Below, one piece after another: positions 47,218-50,277 of a DNA stretch of 50,277 nucleotides (its first letter is position 1; each line of letters opens with the position of its first letter). The position numbers were made by a program, and so were the translations under genes. A model generated the notes under the pieces. The model saw only the letters and a program-made list of their open reading frames with translations. It was not told the DNA's origin and did no database searches. Source of the DNA: Alphaproteobacteria bacterium RIFCSPHIGHO2_12_FULL_63_12 (GTDB taxonomy: Bacteria; Pseudomonadota; Alphaproteobacteria; Caulobacterales; Parvularculaceae); assembly GCA_001767925.1 (NCBI GenBank), contig MEMM01000162.1, positions 1 to 50,277 of the forward strand. Reading direction: 5' to 3'.

Positions 47218-50200
47218 TTAGAAATTCATGCGGAAGGCGAGCGTATAACGTCGCCCGATCGGGTCATAGAACTCCGGCGCGAAATTGCCGACATCGTTGT
47301 AGGCGGTAATGTCCGGTTCCCGGTCCGTCAAATTTTTGACGCCAACCTGAACATAGGCGTTTTGGGTGATTTCGAAACGGCCGGTGAGGTCGATATATAG
47401 CGCTGCGGGAACGCGCGCTTCGGAGCGTGTGGTGCGCGTTGTCAGCGCTTTCCCGCGGCGATTGGCATAGGCGACGAAACTCCACCGGCCGCGCTCAACG
47501 CCGAGGGAGGCCAGCGTTCTGTGATGGGGATAATTCAGCAGACCGTCGAGTCGCTGCACCGACCCAAACCGCTCCATGACGACGTCATCCGTGTAAGTGT
47601 GCAGAACGCTCAGCCAGATTGAATCGGCGAACGCGATAGCTTCCGGCTGCAGTGCATAGCGCAACTCGACATCCATGCCGCGCCAGCTCAAATTGCCGTC
47701 GTTGGTCAAGATGCTGTCAAAGGAGACGATTTGGCGAGTCGCCGGATCGCGCACGATCGACGGCGCGCCGGTACGGGGATTGATCAGGCAATTCGGGCTG
47801 GCAAAGCCCGGACTCGAATAACAGTTGAATAGCGCGTCCGATGGCTGGGATATCGAATTCCTGATCTTGAAATCGAGCCACGTCGCCGTCAGCTCCATGC
47901 GCCCGGGAATTGCGGCGAACAAATCGGTCGGCGACACGGTGACGCCGTAAGCTCCGCTACGGACATGTTCCGGGTTCAAATCCGGGTTTCCATAAAAAGT
48001 TTGCGAAGCAAGCGTCGCCGTCTGAACAAATCCGGGCCCCGCGCCGAGCGGTCCGGCGTCGGCGCAATTGGCCTTGATCGTTTCCGTCTGCTCTGCGGAA
48101 TCCGCGCCGCAGGGGTCAAGGAAGAACGATTCAAGCGTCGAACCTATTGAATGCAACTCGATAATGTCAGGCGTTCGGTCGCCGATATGCTGGCGCGTGA
48201 ACAGCGCGACTCCCTCGATCGGCCGCCAATCGACGCCGGCTTCAAAATTCGTCGCCGCCTCGTAATTCGGCGAGTAGGCGAGGCGAACGGCGAGCGATCC
48301 ATCAAGCTCGCCGGGAAGACCGTCCGAACGGAATAGAGGCGTGTCGATTTCAGCATAGGCGTCGACGGTCTCCAGCGCGCCTTTTGCGCTTGCGCCGCCA
48401 AGATATCCGACGGGCGACGCGCCGGCGGGCGTAAGATCTCGGTCGTGATACGCCGCGCGACGCAGCTCGACGCCGGCGGAAACGCGTCCGTCATGATCGC
48501 CGTCGAAGGGGACCAGTGTTGACGCGTTGACGGAGATCTCGTGTTCGTCGATTCCGAGAACGCGCGTGATTTCAGGAATGACAATGAAATCAAGCGCCGC
48601 GCGCGATAAGGCCGGCGCTGAAAAGAAATCCGCCGCCGTGCAGCCGGGCGTCAGGGAACACGCCGACGGGTCGAGCGCGATTTTGAGTTTTTCCTGATCT
48701 ACACGGTCTTCTTCCCGCGATGTCGCCCGGTTGCTCCCGAAACGATAGGCGACGGTAAGCGCCCGATCATTTTCGTCGCCAAACGCAATTCCTGTCGAAA
48801 GCGCGAAATGCCGACGATCGATTTGTTGCCGACGCGGGCCAAGCTCGGCGTAACGGCGCTCAAAGACGATTGCGGAAACAGTCGGCCCGAACGCCGCTTG
48901 GGCGGCGTCGATCGCCGACTGGGGAAGGAACGGGTTCGAAAGAGGGATCACGGCTGCGTCGCCGGCGACGGGATCAAGCCCGCGGAACCGCGATGCCGGC
49001 AGCGGCGCGAGAACGTTGTCTGTTGCAACGACGCCCCCGTCGGCCTCGAGGAAAAAATTGACGCCATCGGACAATTTCGACTGGAAGGATAATTGTCCAA
49101 TGATGCGATCGCTCGGCAAGGTGACGCTTTGCCATTGCGCCCAATTGAAAAGCTGGCTGGGCGCGCCGACATAGGGGGAGATCGATCCGTCAGTTTCCGG
49201 CACATAGGTTACGCCTTTTGGAAATGCCGAAAATGAGCCGTCCGACAAAATGACCCCGGCGATGGTTCCCCGATCAGTGATCGAGCTTCCGCCGTATCCC
49301 GGCAGGAATTCAGCCGCCGGCGAATTGCTTTTCACGCCGTTCAGCGCAAAGCCGTAAGGGATCGCTGAAAATTCGCGGTCAGCGCCGACCAGACCCTCGC
49401 TGCGCGTCATATTGAGGCCGACCGTGAGCAAGCCGAGGGACGCAATTTCTCTGCCGGCGAGCGCATGAAGGGAGATTTCCTCGCTGTCGCCTCGCTCCGA
49501 CATGCCGAAACGCACGCCGGATTCCACTCCTTCGAAGTCGGATTTGGTGACGAAATTTATCGCGCCGGCGACGGCGCCCGCGCCGAATCGGGCGCCGGCG
49601 GGGAGGCTTTGGACTTCGATCCGTTCAAGCAGCGGCTCGGGAATTGATCCGAGATCGACGCCGCCGATGACATCGTTGCCGCCGGTTGTTAATGTCCGCC
49701 GGCGTCCGTTGACCAATACCGTGGTGCGCTTTGGGCCAAGTCCGCGCAGGTCGGCGAGGCTGATGCCGGCCGCCGCTGCATATAGCGCGGTATTCGACGG
49801 CGTGAACGACGCCAAGGACTGCGGCAGGCTATAAATCGCTTCCGCCGGAGAAGCGACGTTGAGGAAAGCGAGGTCGTCGGCATCGATTTTGAATATGCGT
49901 TTCGATCCGGAGGTCGCCGGCGCAATCGCCGATGAACCCATGACCAAAATCGTATCGATCGGCATTTCCGGGCCGCTGACCGCAAGCGTGTCGATTTCCG
50001 GTTTCGTCGACGCATCCGGCCTTGAGGTGATCGCAAAGGAGTTCTTCGCCACCTGATGCAGTTGCAGGCCAGCTGGAACCAGCGACGCCGCAAGGTCGCG
50101 TTCCGTGCGAATTGATTTTCCCATTCCGGCGATTGACTTGCCGGCGACGAGCCGGGCATCGAATATGAATGACCATCCATGCGAACGGCGAAGGCTTTCC

Positions 50201-50277
50201 AGCGCCTCTTCCACCGGCACAGAGGCGGGCTCGGCGTCGATTTGATCGAGGGCCTGCGTTTCAGCGGAAAAATCTCG
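47218..50277 (-). CDS. TonB-dependent receptor with N-terminal STN-like signalling domain (5' partial)
   Basis: Plug LRGLG..RTTVLVNGRR, LLERIEV, GAVAGAINF; C-terminal YDPIGRRY...F; frame open to the window edge. Confidence 0.9.
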   Translation of the reverse strand, partial: RDFSAETQALDQIDAEPASVPVEEALESLRRSHGWSFIFDARLVAGKSIAGMGKSIRTERDLAASLVPAGLQLHQVAKNSFAITSRPDASTKPEIDTLAVSGPEMPIDTILVMGSSAIAPATSGSKRIFKIDADDLAFLNVASPAEAIYSLPQSLASFTPSNTALYAAAAGISLADLRGLGPKRTTVLVNGRRRTLTTGGNDVIGGVDLGSIPEPLLERIEVQSLPAGARFGAGAVAGAINFVTKSDFEGVESGVRFGMSERGDSEEISLHALAGREIASLGLLTVGLNMTRSEGLVGADREFSAIPYGFALNGVKSNSPAAEFLPGYGGSSITDRGTIAGVILSDGSFSAFPKGVTYVPETDGSISPYVGAPSQLFNWAQWQSVTLPSDRIIGQLSFQSKLSDGVNFFLEADGGVVATDNVLAPLPASRFRGLDPVAGDAAVIPLSNPFLPQSAIDAAQAAFGPTVSAIVFERRYAELGPRRQQIDRRHFALSTGIAFGDENDRALTVAYRFGSNRATSREEDRVDQEKLKIALDPSACSLTPGCTAADFFSAPALSRAALDFIVIPEITRVLGIDEHEISVNASTLVPFDGDHDGRVSAGVELRRAAYHDRDLTPAGASPVGYLGGASAKGALETVDAYAEIDTPLFRSDGLPGELDGSLAVRLAYSPNYEAATNFEAGVDWRPIEGVALFTRQHIGDRTPDIIELHSIGSTLESFFLDPCGADSAEQTETIKANCADAGPLGAGPGFVQTATLASQTFYGNPDLNPEHVRSGAYGVTVSPTDLFAAIPGRMELTATWLDFKIRNSISQPSDALFNCYSSPGFASPNCLINPRTGAPSIVRDPATRQIVSFDSILTNDGNLSWRGMDVELRYALQPEAIAFADSIWLSVLHTYTDDVVMERFGSVQRLDGLLNYPHHRTLASLGVERGRWSFVAYANRRGKALTTRTTRSEARVPAALYIDLTGRFEITQNAYVQVGVKNLTDREPDITAYNDVGNFAPEFYDPIGRRYTLAFRMNF

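Overview
GC-rich alphaproteobacterial chromosomal segment. The class assignment rests on chpT, ccrM, ptsP-rodZ-ispG synteny and a GTTC-N7-GTTC LexA box; Caulobacterales/Parvularculales affinity is only an inference. It carries about 45 mostly housekeeping CDSs: secA, a parvulin PPIase, mutT, an Flp pilin, comF, grxC, emrAB-tetR, ubiG, lysC, ptsP, ispG, prfA, prmC, clpB, an M23 peptidase, ydbH-ynbE-ydbL, chpT-cheY, ccrM, rnhB, a LexA-boxed radical SAM gene and a partial TonB-dependent transducer. I saw no RNA genes, CRISPR arrays or mobile elements. The most striking features are: (1) the gene at the rodZ locus joins a RodZ-type HTH and TM helix to a TonB C-terminal domain instead of the usual RodZ periplasmic domain; (2) a membrane-anchored protein carries four His/Asp/Lys block repeats and a C-terminal amphipathic tail; (3) an SDR gene appears to require a CTG start; (4) a perfect hairpin covers the chpT ribosome-binding site. 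All calls come from manual motif recognition; no database searches were run.
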